From: Bacilli bacterium
GTDB taxonomy: Bacteria; Bacillota_I; Bacilli_A; RFN20; UBA1709
Assembly (NCBI GenBank): GCA_050949315.1
Contig: JBMNFL010000001.1
Location: 826,413 to 890,412 of the forward strand
Reading direction: 5' to 3'
Length of the DNA stretch: 64,000 nt
A program made the translations under genes and the position numbers. Below are positions 49,907-59,312 of this stretch, piece by piece. The first letter of the stretch is position 1; every line of letters starts with the position of its first letter. The notes beneath the pieces were generated by a model, which saw only the letters and a list, made by a program, of their open reading frames with translations, made no database searches and was not told the origin of the DNA.

Positions 49907-50120
49907 GGAGCTGGTAGAGAGCCTCCGCAAGCGTTACCCGGTTGGGTGCCGTGTGGAGCTTGTTCGCATGGATGACCCGCAAGCGCCACCAGTTGGCACC
50001 AAAGGCACCGTGCGCGGCGTGGACGACATCGGCTCGGTCATGGTGGCATGGGACAATGGCTGCGGCCTGTCCGTGGCTTACGGTGAGGACGCCTGCAAGG
50101 TGGTGAACGTCGATGAGTGA
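49890..50120 (+). CDS. DUF4314-like small phage protein
   Basis: VGCRVELVRMDDPQAPPVGTKGTVRGVDDIGSVMVAWDNGCGL pattern. Confidence 0.55.
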   Translation: MRFPSKELVESLRKRYPVGCRVELVRMDDPQAPPVGTKGTVRGVDDIGSVMVAWDNGCGLSVAYGEDACKVVNVDE

Positions 50121-50289
50121 AACGGTCAAGAAGCAGATTCTCGCCATCCGCGACACTGGGCTGACGAATATGTTAGATATCCGCACGGTGCAGCGCATCG
50201 CAAACGACAGGGCCTTCCACGAGCTGGTGGTGTATCTGGAGGAGCATCGACGCGAATACGCGCATTTCATTCTCACCGGCAAAACGTAA
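50113..50289 (+). CDS. Small hypothetical phage protein (58 aa; absent from the ORF track)
   Basis: ATG 50113 overlaps the upstream stop (ATGAGTGA). MSETVKKQILAIRDTGLTNMLDIRTVQRIANDRAFHELVVYLEEHRREYAHFILTGKT. Confidence 0.4.
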   Translation: MSETVKKQILAIRDTGLTNMLDIRTVQRIANDRAFHELVVYLEEHRREYAHFILTGKT

Positions 50290-50338
50290 ACTACACAATT
50301 CTGGCGGCGAAATTCGCTGTAAAGATCGTATAGTTTAT

Positions 50339-50410
50339 GCCGGTATATATCGCATAATTGCCTTGCTATAGTGTGCTTTTAGAGCGATCATGTGTATAAC
50401 AAAACAAAGG
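50339..50410 (+). promoter_or_regulatory. Repeated phage promoter-like element, copy 2 (TTGCTA-17-GATCAT)
   Basis: Similar to 48943-49010. Lies upstream of gene 50425. Confidence 0.45.
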
Positions 50411-50424
50411 AGGCACACCCCACC

Positions 50425-50604
50425 ATGACAGACAAACAGTTGAAACAATCAAAAAGCCAGCTCCCGCAGGGCGAGCGCTTCGACCGAGCCTACAGCGCCT
50501 TTGAAGGCGGCATAAGGCTGATTTCCAAGAAAGCCGACGGCATGGAAACCCGCTACAAAGTACACTTCGAAGCTGACGACAATGTTCGCATCGAGCGGTT
50601 TTAA
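50425..50604 (+). CDS. Small hypothetical phage protein
   Basis: AAGGAGG RBS, ATG 50425. Confidence 0.45.
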   Translation: MTDKQLKQSKSQLPQGERFDRAYSAFEGGIRLISKKADGMETRYKVHFEADDNVRIERF

Positions 50605-50617
50605 GGAGGGAGCGACC

Positions 50618-50845
50618 ATGTGGAGAGAAGGAAGCCTGAAGGTTCACGATAGCATTTTTCACTATTGGATGAAGCAGTACGACGAGGGTTCGCAGTTCGG
50701 CATCGAAGGCGGCAGAATCAGCAAGCTGACGCTCAAACGGAACAGCACCATCGTATGCAACTATGACAGAGGTTGGGATATCGAGCCCGCCGACCCGGAC
50801 ACGCAGCTTGCGGTCGAGATTCTCCTGCACAGCGAAAACTACTGA
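50618..50845 (+). CDS. Hypothetical phage protein
   Basis: AAGGAGGG RBS, ATG 50618. Confidence 0.5.
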   Translation: MWREGSLKVHDSIFHYWMKQYDEGSQFGIEGGRISKLTLKRNSTIVCNYDRGWDIEPADPDTQLAVEILLHSENY

Positions 50846-50865
50846 GTCCAGAGTAAAAGCCGGGA

Positions 50866-50892
50866 GCAGCCCCCAGCGGGGCTGTATCTTGT
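50866..50892 (+). terminator. Hairpin/terminator (CAGCCCC-cagc-GGGGCTG) before the packaging module
   Basis: 7-bp GC-rich stem, weak U-tract. Confidence 0.4.
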
Positions 50893-50907
50893 ACAGATAG
50901 ATTTTGA

Positions 50908-50932
50908 AGACACCGATGGGTGTCTATTTTTA
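50908..50932 (+). terminator. Hairpin (AGACACC-gatg-GGTGTCT) + ATTTTTA immediately upstream of the terminase RBS
   Basis: 7-bp stem followed by a T-run. Possible regulatory or pac-proximal structure. Confidence 0.4.
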
Positions 50933-50953
50933 TGTCCGAAAGGAGGCGGCAAC

Positions 50954-52555
50954 TTGCGCAAACTAAAAAAATATAAACAGACGCGCTTCATAGCGCATGA
51001 TTCGACCTATGACAAAGAAGCCGCCGACTACGCTGTGGCGTTCATTGAATCGCTCTGTCACACCAAAGGCACATGGGCCGGAAAGCCATTCGAGCTTATT
51101 GACTGGCAGGAACAAATTATCCGTGACATCTTTGGAACACTGAAACCCAACGGTTACCGGCAGTTCAATACGGCCTATGTAGAGATACCAAAGAAGATGG
51201 GCAAGAGTGAACTTGCTGCCGCCATAGCTCTGCTACTGACCTGTGGCGACAACGAAGAACGCGCCGAGGTTTATGGCTGTGCTGCTGACCGGAATCAGGC
51301 GTCTATCGTTTTCAACGTAGCAGCGGATATGGTGCGGATGTGTCCAGCTTTGTCGAAACGTGTCAAAATTCTCGACGCTACCAAGCGTCTCATCTTCCAG
51401 CCGACCGGCAGTATCTATCAGGTGCTTTCGGCCGATGTTGGCAACAAGCACGGCTTCAATACTCACGGCGTGGTGTTCGACGAGCTGCATACGCAACCGA
51501 ATCGCAAGCTCTACGACGTAATGACCAAAGGCAGCGGCGATGCGAGAATGCAGCCGCTGTATTTTTTGATCACTACCGCCGGAGATAACCAGAACAGCAT
51601 CTGCTGGGAGGTTCATCAAAAGGCGCTGGATATTATTGATGGAAGAAAGCATGACCCCACCTTCTACCCAGTAATTTACGGCGCAGCGCAAGAAGATGAT
51701 TGGACTGACCCCAAGGTGTGGAAGAAGGCAAATCCCTCTCTCGGCATCACAGTCGGCATGGATAAGGTTAAGGCGGCGTTTGAATCAGCTCGGCAGAATC
51801 CCGCCGAGGAGAACAGTTTCCGGCAGCTTCGCCTCAACCAGTGGGTAAAACAAGCGGTTCGCTGGATGCCGATGGACAAATGGGATAAATGCGCTTTTGC
51901 CGTCGACGCGGAAGCTCTCGAAGGTCGTGTCTGTTACGGCGGACTTGACCTTTCCAGCAGCACCGACATCACGGCTTTTGTGCTTGTATTTCCACCCGGT
52001 GACGAGGATGACAAGTACTGCGTTCTGCCGTACTTCTGGATACCAGAGGATAATATCGACCTGCGTGTTCGGCGCGACCATGTAAATTATGATGTTTGGA
52101 AAAAGCAGGGCTTTCTGCAAACTACCGAGGGCAATGTGGTGCATTACGGCTATATCGAGCAGTTCATTGAATCCCTCGGTGAGAAATACAACATCCGCGA
52201 GATTGCTTTCGACCGCTGGGGCGCTGTGCAAATGACGCAGAATCTTGAAACGCTCGGCTTCTCGGTCGTGCCGTTCGGTCAGGGCTTTAAGGATATGTCT
52301 CCACCGACCAAGGAACTCATGAAGCTAACACTGGAGGAGAAAATCGCTCACGGCGGACACCCCGTCCTACGCTGGATGATGGACAACATATATATCCGCA
52401 CCGACCCTGCAGGAAATATCAAGGCTGACAAGGAGAAATCCACAGAAAAGATAGACGGCGCGGTTGCCACCATAATGGCACTGGACAGGGCAATTAGGTG
52501 CGGAAACGATACGGGCGAGAGTGTTTATGACAAACGCGGCTTGCTCATTTGGTAA
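50954..52555 (+). CDS. Phage terminase large subunit (Terminase_1 family)
   Basis: Walker A KKMGKSELAAAIAL, Walker B VVFDELH, C-terminal nuclease domain. TTG start 7 nt after AGGAGG. Confidence 0.85.
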   Translation: MRKLKKYKQTRFIAHDSTYDKEAADYAVAFIESLCHTKGTWAGKPFELIDWQEQIIRDIFGTLKPNGYRQFNTAYVEIPKKMGKSELAAAIALLLTCGDNEERAEVYGCAADRNQASIVFNVAADMVRMCPALSKRVKILDATKRLIFQPTGSIYQVLSADVGNKHGFNTHGVVFDELHTQPNRKLYDVMTKGSGDARMQPLYFLITTAGDNQNSICWEVHQKALDIIDGRKHDPTFYPVIYGAAQEDDWTDPKVWKKANPSLGITVGMDKVKAAFESARQNPAEENSFRQLRLNQWVKQAVRWMPMDKWDKCAFAVDAEALEGRVCYGGLDLSSSTDITAFVLVFPPGDEDDKYCVLPYFWIPEDNIDLRVRRDHVNYDVWKKQGFLQTTEGNVVHYGYIEQFIESLGEKYNIREIAFDRWGAVQMTQNLETLGFSVVPFGQGFKDMSPPTKELMKLTLEEKIAHGGHPVLRWMMDNIYIRTDPAGNIKADKEKSTEKIDGAVATIMALDRAIRCGNDTGESVYDKRGLLIW

Positions 52556-52569
52556 GGAGGTAAAAGCCT

Positions 52570-53865
52570 ATGGGCATATTACAAGGTATATTCAAACCCC
52601 GCGACAAGCCTAAAAACCTCGGCAGCGGCAACAGATTTTTATGGGGAGGCTCGACCTCCGGCAAGGTGGTAAATGAAAAGACCGCCATGCAGATGACAGC
52701 GGTATACTCCTGCGTCCGTATTCTTTCGGAGGCAATCGCAGGACTCCCGCTGTTCGTTTATAAGTACGGCGATGACGGCAGTAAGGAAAAGTGCCTCGAA
52801 CATCCGCTATGGCGGGTCCTGCATGATGAGCCAAATCCTGAAATGACGAGTTTCGTATTCAGAGAAACTATGATGAACCACCTGCTTCTCACCGGCAACG
52901 CCTATGCTCAGATTATCCGCAACGCCCGTGGCGAGGTTATAGCACTCTATCCGCTCATGCCAGACCGCATGGCCGTGGACAGGGATTCGCAGGGACGACT
53001 GTATTACCGTTATCGGAAAAATAGCGATGACGCACCGGAAGTCGGCAAAAACAAGCAAAGCGACATTATCTTCGCTCCCTCTGACATTCTTCATGTGCTG
53101 GGGCTTGGCTACGACGGTCTGGTCGGCTATTCACCAATAGCGATGGCAAAAAACGCTGTGGGCTTGGCGATTGCAGCCGAGGAATATGGCGCTAAGTTTT
53201 TCGCCAATGGTGCGGCACCAAGCGGCGTTCTCGAACATCCCGGCACGATTAAGGACCCGGAGCGCATACGGGAAAGCTGGCAGTCCACCTTCGGCGGCAG
53301 TGCTAATAGCAACAAAATTGCCGTGCTGGAGGAAGGACTCAAGTACACGCCGATCGCCATCTCTCCGGAACAGGCGCAGTTCCTCGAAACGCGCAAGTTC
53401 CAGATCAATGAAATCGCTCGAATTTTCAGAGTGCCGCCACATATGCTGGCTGACCTTGAAAAGTCGAGCTTTTCTAATATTGAGCAGCAGTCACTGGAGT
53501 TCGTGAAATATACGCTTGACCCGTGGGTGATCCGCTGGGAACAAGCAATGAACAAGGCGCTACTGCTCGACAGCGAAAAACGCTCGGTGTTCACAAAATT
53601 CAACGTGGACGGACTGCTTCGCGGCGACTATGCATCGCGCATGACAGGCTACGCGACCGCTCGTCAAAACGGCTGGATGTCGGCAAATGACATACGAGAG
53701 CTTGAAAACCTCGACCGAATCCCTGCCGACCTCGGCGGCGACCTTTATCTCATAAATGGCGCGATGACCAAACTGCAGGACGCAGGTGCGTTCGCAAATA
53801 CAACAACAGAAACGGAGGGAACCTCAGATGGACAAAACAAAACGAAGTCCCGCAAAGGCACGTGA
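52570..53865 (+). CDS. Phage portal protein (HK97 family)
   Basis: Typical HK97-type portal sequence. RBS AAGGAGG. Confidence 0.85.
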   Translation: MGILQGIFKPRDKPKNLGSGNRFLWGGSTSGKVVNEKTAMQMTAVYSCVRILSEAIAGLPLFVYKYGDDGSKEKCLEHPLWRVLHDEPNPEMTSFVFRETMMNHLLLTGNAYAQIIRNARGEVIALYPLMPDRMAVDRDSQGRLYYRYRKNSDDAPEVGKNKQSDIIFAPSDILHVLGLGYDGLVGYSPIAMAKNAVGLAIAAEEYGAKFFANGAAPSGVLEHPGTIKDPERIRESWQSTFGGSANSNKIAVLEEGLKYTPIAISPEQAQFLETRKFQINEIARIFRVPPHMLADLEKSSFSNIEQQSLEFVKYTLDPWVIRWEQAMNKALLLDSEKRSVFTKFNVDGLLRGDYASRMTGYATARQNGWMSANDIRELENLDRIPADLGGDLYLINGAMTKLQDAGAFANTTTETEGTSDGQNKTKSRKGT

Positions 53866-54589
53866 AAAAACGCACTTCTGGAATTGGGACAGTGATGAGG
53901 ATACAGGCGTCCGCACCTTGTACCTCGACGGCACCATTGCGGACGAAAGCTGGTGGGATGATGAAATTACGCCTCGAATGTTCAAGGACGAGCTGATGTC
54001 CGGCGACAGCGATATTGTCGTGTGGATTAATTCACCCGGCGGCGACTGTGTAGCAGCAAGTCAAATCTACACTATGCTCATGGATTACCCGCATGACGTG
54101 ACCATCAAGATTGACGGCATCGCTGCTTCGGCGGCATCAGTCATCGCAATGGCGGGTACGCAGGTGCTCATGGCACCTACGGCGCTTATGATGATTCACA
54201 ATCCACTCACAGTAGCAATCGGTGATACCGAGGAAATGCAAAAAGCCATTGCCATGCTGGACGAAGTCAAGGAGTCCATTATCAACGCCTATGAAATCAA
54301 GACCGGTCAGTCCCGAGCAAAAATTTCTCATCTCATGGACGGCGAAACCTATATGAACGCAAACAAGGCAGTGGAGCTTGGCTTTGCGGACGGCATCTTG
54401 GAAGACGCCAAGCGCGACCATAGCGACGATGTGGTCTTTGCTTTCAGCCGCAGAGCAGTTACCAACGCACTATTCAACAAGCTCATCACGAAATCAGCTC
54501 CGAAGGCGGAGCAAAAGAAGCCGGATGCGCCGACTGGCGTTTCCATCACCGAGGCTATGCAGAAACTGCAAGCCCGTAAATACATTTAA
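53828..54589 (+). CDS. ClpP-family (S14) prohead maturation protease
   Basis: VVWINSPGGDCVAASQIYTMLMDYPHDV...GIAASAASVIAMAG (Ser nucleophile). ATG 53828 after GGAGGG. Overlaps the portal 3' end. Confidence 0.8.
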   Translation: MDKTKRSPAKAREKTHFWNWDSDEDTGVRTLYLDGTIADESWWDDEITPRMFKDELMSGDSDIVVWINSPGGDCVAASQIYTMLMDYPHDVTIKIDGIAASAASVIAMAGTQVLMAPTALMMIHNPLTVAIGDTEEMQKAIAMLDEVKESIINAYEIKTGQSRAKISHLMDGETYMNANKAVELGFADGILEDAKRDHSDDVVFAFSRRAVTNALFNKLITKSAPKAEQKKPDAPTGVSITEAMQKLQARKYI

Positions 54590-54604
54590 CGGAGGTATTT
54601 GATT

Positions 54605-55786
54605 ATGAAAAAGGTACTCGAACTGCGTGAAAAACGCGCAAAGGCGTGGGACGCTGCAAAGGCGTTCCTCGACACTCGCGCCAAGGACGGCGTCCTGTCT
54701 GCAGAAGACAATGCTACCTATGACAAAATGCTCACGGACGTTGACGCAATGGCTCGTCAGATTGCCATTGAGGAAGACCGCGTGGCAAGGGATGCCGCAA
54801 TGGCGCAGCCGACCAGTTCACCCATCACCGAAAAGCCTGTGGCACAGAACGGCAAGCCTCTCATTCCCAGAGCGACCGCCGAATACCGTGAGGATTTCTA
54901 TAATCTCATTCGCGGCAAGCGCCCTGTCCACAATGTCATGGAGGAAGGCACTTCTTCCACCGGTGGTTATCTTGTTCCGCTGGAATTCGACAACACTCTC
55001 GTTAAGGCACTTGCCCGCGAGAACGTAATCCGTTCTCTGGCAAAGGTCATCACAACTGCCGCACCTCACAGAATTAATGTGGCGCTTACTGATGTTTCTG
55101 CCGATTGGGTAGCTGAGTCCGGCGTGTTTACGCCCTCCACTCCTACCTTCAACCAGCTCTCTCTCGATGCATTCACGCTTCGTGCGGCAGCACTGGTCTC
55201 CGAGGAACTGCTTGAGGACTCCATGTTCGACCTTCAGGCCTACCTCATCGACAACTTTGCCCGCGCTTTTGCGGCGAAAGAGGAACAGGCTTTCTGCATC
55301 GGCACCGGCAGCGGTCAACCTACCGGCATCTTCACCGCAAACGGCGGCGATCTCGGCGTGACTACCGCTACTGCCGGAGACATTAAGGCGGACGAGCTTA
55401 TCGACCTGACCTACGCGCTCAAGGACGGCTATAAGAAAAATGCCGTGTTTGTGCTTGGCAGTGGCACTCTCGCAAGCGTCCGCAAGCTCAAGGACGGTAA
55501 CGGTGCATATATGTGGCAACCCTCTCTGCAGGCTGGTCAGCCTGACCGTCTGCTCGGTTTCCCTGTATATGTATCTCAGTATGCTCCGACCATCGCGGCA
55601 AGTGCCTACACAGTCGCTTTCGGCGATTTCCAGAACTACTGGATTGCGGACCGTACAGGCAGAACTGTTCGCCGTGCAGACGAGCTCCACATCGCCAACC
55701 TTCAGACCGGCTTCTACGCTTTCCAGCGTGTTGACGCTAAGACCGTACTGCCGGAAGGCATCAAGCTGCTTAAGCAGCACGCTTAA
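54605..55786 (+). CDS. Major capsid protein (HK97 family)
   Basis: N-terminal delta-domain coiled coil, then the HK97 MCP fold. ATG 54605 lies 8 nt after GGAGGT. Confidence 0.85.
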   Translation: MKKVLELREKRAKAWDAAKAFLDTRAKDGVLSAEDNATYDKMLTDVDAMARQIAIEEDRVARDAAMAQPTSSPITEKPVAQNGKPLIPRATAEYREDFYNLIRGKRPVHNVMEEGTSSTGGYLVPLEFDNTLVKALARENVIRSLAKVITTAAPHRINVALTDVSADWVAESGVFTPSTPTFNQLSLDAFTLRAAALVSEELLEDSMFDLQAYLIDNFARAFAAKEEQAFCIGTGSGQPTGIFTANGGDLGVTTATAGDIKADELIDLTYALKDGYKKNAVFVLGSGTLASVRKLKDGNGAYMWQPSLQAGQPDRLLGFPVYVSQYAPTIAASAYTVAFGDFQNYWIADRTGRTVRRADELHIANLQTGFYAFQRVDAKTVLPEGIKLLKQHA

Positions 55787-55799
55787 GGAGGGTTAATTC

Positions 55800-56426
55800 A
55801 TGAGCGAATATAACGCAAAAAACTACACCGAGCAGGGCGGTGAGAAAACCGTCATCGGTGGAACGCTGGAAATCAAGGAGGGAGCCTCGGTAACGGGGCT
55901 TCCTTCCGCTCCGAATCAAGCCGCAAGCACAGCATCGAATGTCGCCGGACTCAAGGATGATTTCAATGCACTGCTTCTGAAACTTAAAGATTCGGGCTTG
56001 ATGAAGCCGGACACGTGGAATGTATCCGTATCGAATGTTGCCACTTCTCTCAGTGAAGATATGGCAGCCAATCAAGGCAAGGTCGAATCCATCACAATTG
56101 AGGACAATTTCATTACAGTCACTGTTCCGGTTGACGAACTGGTTCCTTATGAAAGTTCAAATCCGGCGCAAGGAACTCACAAATGGGTCGCTATCCTCAT
56201 CACCACAGGAATCCCCGCAATCACGGCAGTCAAGTACAACGGCAGTCAGCTGACATCAGCCGATGCTGCGGAAGCAGCTGCTGTCGGCGGGCAGGCTGGA
56301 GATATCGTTATGTGGCTCAAATGCGATGAAATCGTAAACACACCGAAGTCGTTCACTCTCTGGTCATCCGGTTACCCCGCTGCTGAATTCACTGTTGTCA
56401 TCGCAGAGCCGGAAACCGAAGAATAA
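55800..56426 (+). CDS. Hypothetical phage head-associated structural protein
   Basis: Position between MCP and connector. RBS AAGGAGGG. Confidence 0.5.
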   Translation: MSEYNAKNYTEQGGEKTVIGGTLEIKEGASVTGLPSAPNQAASTASNVAGLKDDFNALLLKLKDSGLMKPDTWNVSVSNVATSLSEDMAANQGKVESITIEDNFITVTVPVDELVPYESSNPAQGTHKWVAILITTGIPAITAVKYNGSQLTSADAAEAAAVGGQAGDIVMWLKCDEIVNTPKSFTLWSSGYPAAEFTVVIAEPETEE

Positions 56427-56444
56427 GGAAAGGACGCTGGCGGT

Positions 56445-56753
56445 ATGACGCTTCTTGAAAAAGTAAAGGCAAACCTGATTCTCGAACATACGGCAGATGA
56501 CGAACTATTGCAGATGTATATTACCGCCGCCGTAGCCTATGCCGAGAGCTATCAGCATCTTCCGGAAATTTACTACAAAGACCATCCGATGCCCCCAACC
56601 ACAGAGCAGGCCGTCATCATGCTGTCGTCCCACTTCTATGAGTCAAGAGACGGCAGCACAGGCGGCTTTTTCGCCGACAATGTTCAGGCGGGACAGCAGG
56701 TGTGGAATACGGTCAATCTGCTTCTGAAACTCGACAGAAACTGGAAGGTGTAA
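56445..56753 (+). CDS. Head-tail connector (gp6-like DNA-packaging/connector protein)
   Basis: Phage_connect_1-like sequence (LLQMYITAAVAYAESY...). Confidence 0.65.
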   Translation: MTLLEKVKANLILEHTADDELLQMYITAAVAYAESYQHLPEIYYKDHPMPPTTEQAVIMLSSHFYESRDGSTGGFFADNVQAGQQVWNTVNLLLKLDRNWKV

Positions 56754-56755
56754 TC

Positions 56756-57082
56756 ATGAGCTTCGGAAAAATTAATACATTTATTGAAATTATCTCAACC
56801 GAGCCTGCAAAGGACGCGGACGGTTTCACAAGTCACTCGGATACAGTGGTAGCATCGGTCAGGGCATATTTTGAGCAGAAAAACTCCACCGAACGATGGC
56901 GGAGCATGGCGCAGTCTAATGAGGTGAACGCACTGTTCCGCCTTCGCTTTATACCGGGAGTCGAACTGAACAACCGCCACATCATTGTCTGTGAAGGAAA
57001 GCGTTATAACATTTATTCGGTCGAAAATGTCAGAGGCCGTGATATGTATCTTGAGGTGTTGGCGGTGTGTGAAGATGGCTAA
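56756..57082 (+). CDS. Head closure / head-tail adaptor protein
   Basis: Size, position and sequence typical of SPP1 gp16/HK97 gp9-like adaptor. ATG 56756. Confidence 0.6.
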   Translation: MSFGKINTFIEIISTEPAKDADGFTSHSDTVVASVRAYFEQKNSTERWRSMAQSNEVNALFRLRFIPGVELNNRHIIVCEGKRYNIYSVENVRGRDMYLEVLAVCEDG

Positions 57083-57506
57083 AGCGACTTTTCAAATGCC
57101 GGAGGAGTTTTTGCTTAAGATTGCAAAGCTTCAGGAGAAAACCGACGAGATTGTTCCCAAAGTTCTGGCTGCCGGTGCCGAAGCGGTCGAAAAGAATGTC
57201 CGCTCGAACCTGGCATCGGTAATCGGTAAGAATACGAAGGTTGAAAGCCGTTCAACCGGAGACCTCTTGTCCTCTCTCGGAACTTCACCGGCAAAACAGG
57301 ACAGAAACGGAAACCTCGATGTTAAAATCGGTTTCAAAGAGCCCCGCTCAGACGGTGAAAGCAATGCGAAAATCGCAAACATCCTCGAATACGGAAAACA
57401 CGGCCAGCCGCCGAAACCCTTTCTGAAACCGGCAAAGACGAAATCCAAGGATGCCTGCATTCGCGCGATGGAAGAAAAACTGGAGGAGGAGATTTCAAAG
57501 ATATGA
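57075..57506 (+). CDS. HK97 gp10-family tail-component protein
   Basis: ATG 57075 overlaps the upstream stop (ATGGCTAA). About 143 aa. Confidence 0.55.
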   Translation: MAKATFQMPEEFLLKIAKLQEKTDEIVPKVLAAGAEAVEKNVRSNLASVIGKNTKVESRSTGDLLSSLGTSPAKQDRNGNLDVKIGFKEPRSDGESNAKIANILEYGKHGQPPKPFLKPAKTKSKDACIRAMEEKLEEEISKI

Positions 57507-57847
57507 GCTTGCTTGCGGAACTGAATACGATTATATATTCACTTGGAATACCGGTCGAAACGGGTATCTTTTCGGAAACACCGCCCGACAGATATGCGGT
57601 TCTGACACCGCTTTCGGATTCCTATGAACTCTTCTCGGATAATGCTCCGGGTCAGGATATCGAGGAAGTCCGCGTATCCTTGTTTGATAAAGGCAACTAC
57701 CTGGCAGTAAAGAAACGCATTGAATCCGCAATTCTCGCAGCCGGAATCACCATAACCGACCGCCGGTATATCGGACATGAAGACGATACCGGCTATCATC
57801 ACTACGCCATTGATGTGGCGAAAAATTATGAAATACAGGAGGAATAA
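57503..57847 (+). CDS. Tail terminator/completion-like protein (hypothetical)
   Basis: Position upstream of the major tail protein. RBS GGAGGAG. Confidence 0.5.
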   Translation: MSLLAELNTIIYSLGIPVETGIFSETPPDRYAVLTPLSDSYELFSDNAPGQDIEEVRVSLFDKGNYLAVKKRIESAILAAGITITDRRYIGHEDDTGYHHYAIDVAKNYEIQEE

Positions 57848-57852
57848 AACGA

Positions 57853-58716
57853 ATGGCTACAATAGGACTTGACAGTCTTTATTATTCCAAAATCACCGAA
57901 TCCGCTTCGGGCGACGAGATATACGGAACGCCCGTTAAACTTGCCAAAGCAATCGAGGCGGAGGTATCCATCGAACTCAATGAAGCGATTCTGTATGCAG
58001 ATGACGGGACAGATACCGTAATCAAGGAGTTTAAAAGCGGTACGATCACCCTCGGCATCAACGAAATCGGTCCCCAGGCGGCAAGGGATCTGACGGGGGC
58101 AGCTGTGGATGCAAACGGTGTGATTGTTTCTGCCGGAGAGGATGAACCTACACCGGTAGCAATCGGATTCCGGGCGAAAACCGCCAAGGGCAAGTACAGA
58201 TACTTTTGGCTTTACAGAGTTCTGTTCGGCATCCCCGGAACATCGCTCAAAACCAAGGGAGACAGCATTGAGTTCCAGACACCCTCCATCGAAGGAACAA
58301 TATCGAGAAGGAATAAACTCGATGCCCAGAACAAGCATCCGTGGAAAGCGGAGATTACTGACGGTGAGGAAGGTGTATCGCCGAACGTCATATCCAACTG
58401 GTTCCAAAGTGTATATGAGCCTAACTACACTACGGCCGATGCAACACTTGCGTCCCTTACCCTCGGCTCGCTTACGCTCTCTCCGACTTTCAGTTCCGTA
58501 ACAACTGAGTATACCGCATCCACCGAAAATGCCACAAATACCATTACGGCGGTCGCCACATCCAATAATGCCGCTGTCGCAATCACGGTCAACGGAAATT
58601 CCATCGCAAGCGGTCAGTCAGCGACATGGGTCACCGGCACCAATACCGTGGTGATTACCGTTACCAACGGAAATGCCACGAAAACATACACCGTGACAGT
58701 AACGAAGGGAGAATAA
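57853..58716 (+). CDS. Major tail protein with C-terminal Ig-like domain
   Basis: Siphovirus MTP-like core. C-terminal LTLSPTFSSVTTEYTA...TVTVTKGE Ig/cadherin-like repeat. Confidence 0.75.
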   Translation: MATIGLDSLYYSKITESASGDEIYGTPVKLAKAIEAEVSIELNEAILYADDGTDTVIKEFKSGTITLGINEIGPQAARDLTGAAVDANGVIVSAGEDEPTPVAIGFRAKTAKGKYRYFWLYRVLFGIPGTSLKTKGDSIEFQTPSIEGTISRRNKLDAQNKHPWKAEITDGEEGVSPNVISNWFQSVYEPNYTTADATLASLTLGSLTLSPTFSSVTTEYTASTENATNTITAVATSNNAAVAITVNGNSIASGQSATWVTGTNTVVITVTNGNATKTYTVTVTKGE

Positions 58717-58719
58717 ACA

Positions 58720-59294
58720 ATGACAGATGAAAGATGCTCAAAAATAGCAATCGGCGGTAAGGAGTATGAACTGCTCCTTACCACAAGGGCGACAAAGGAA
58801 ATCGGCAAGAAATACGGCGGTCTTTCAGACCTTGGAGACAAACTACTCAAGGCTGAAAATTTTGAGACCGCCATTGATGAACTCATCTGGCTTATCACGC
58901 TGCTCGCCAATCAGCCGATTCTGATTCACAACGCAAAGAATCCGCAGGACAAAAAAGATCTGCTCGAACCGGAAACGGTGGAGCTTTTCACCACACCCTA
59001 TGAGATAGCCGGATTCAAGGAAGCAATCATGGACTGCCTGATTAAAGGAACAAAACGAGAAGTTCAGAGCGAAGAATCAAAAAACGGATAAACGGGCCGG
59101 ATGCCTCTGACGGAGAGATATTCGCCCGTTTAATCTTTTACGGAGTCACGCTTCTGAACCGCCGTGAGGAGGAAGTGTGGCTGATGCCCATCGGTCATCT
59201 GCTTGACCAGTGGGAGGTGTATAAGCAGTGGAGCGGACTGGCAAAACCCAGACGGGAGCACTTTATCGAAGAGGCAATCCCGTACGGAATATAA
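58720..59294 (+). CDS. Tail assembly chaperone G and its -1 frameshift extension (G-T fusion); the G product ends at 59091
   Basis: The G ORF 58720-59091 ends ...ESKNG*. Slippery heptamer A_AAA_AAC at 59079-59085. The -1 frame stays open to TAA at 59292-59294. Confidence 0.65.
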
Positions 59295-59312
59295 ACGAAG
59301 GAGGTGACGTGA

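Noticed and set aside
48971-49930. 319-aa ORF on the minus strand
   Set aside because: It is antisense to a plus-strand gene in a uniformly plus-strand, GC-rich phage module. It has odd composition (R/L/A-rich) and no RBS. Typical high-GC antisense artefact.
54818-55780. 320-aa minus-strand ORF
   Set aside because: Fully antisense to the HK97 major capsid gene. GC-rich antisense artefact.
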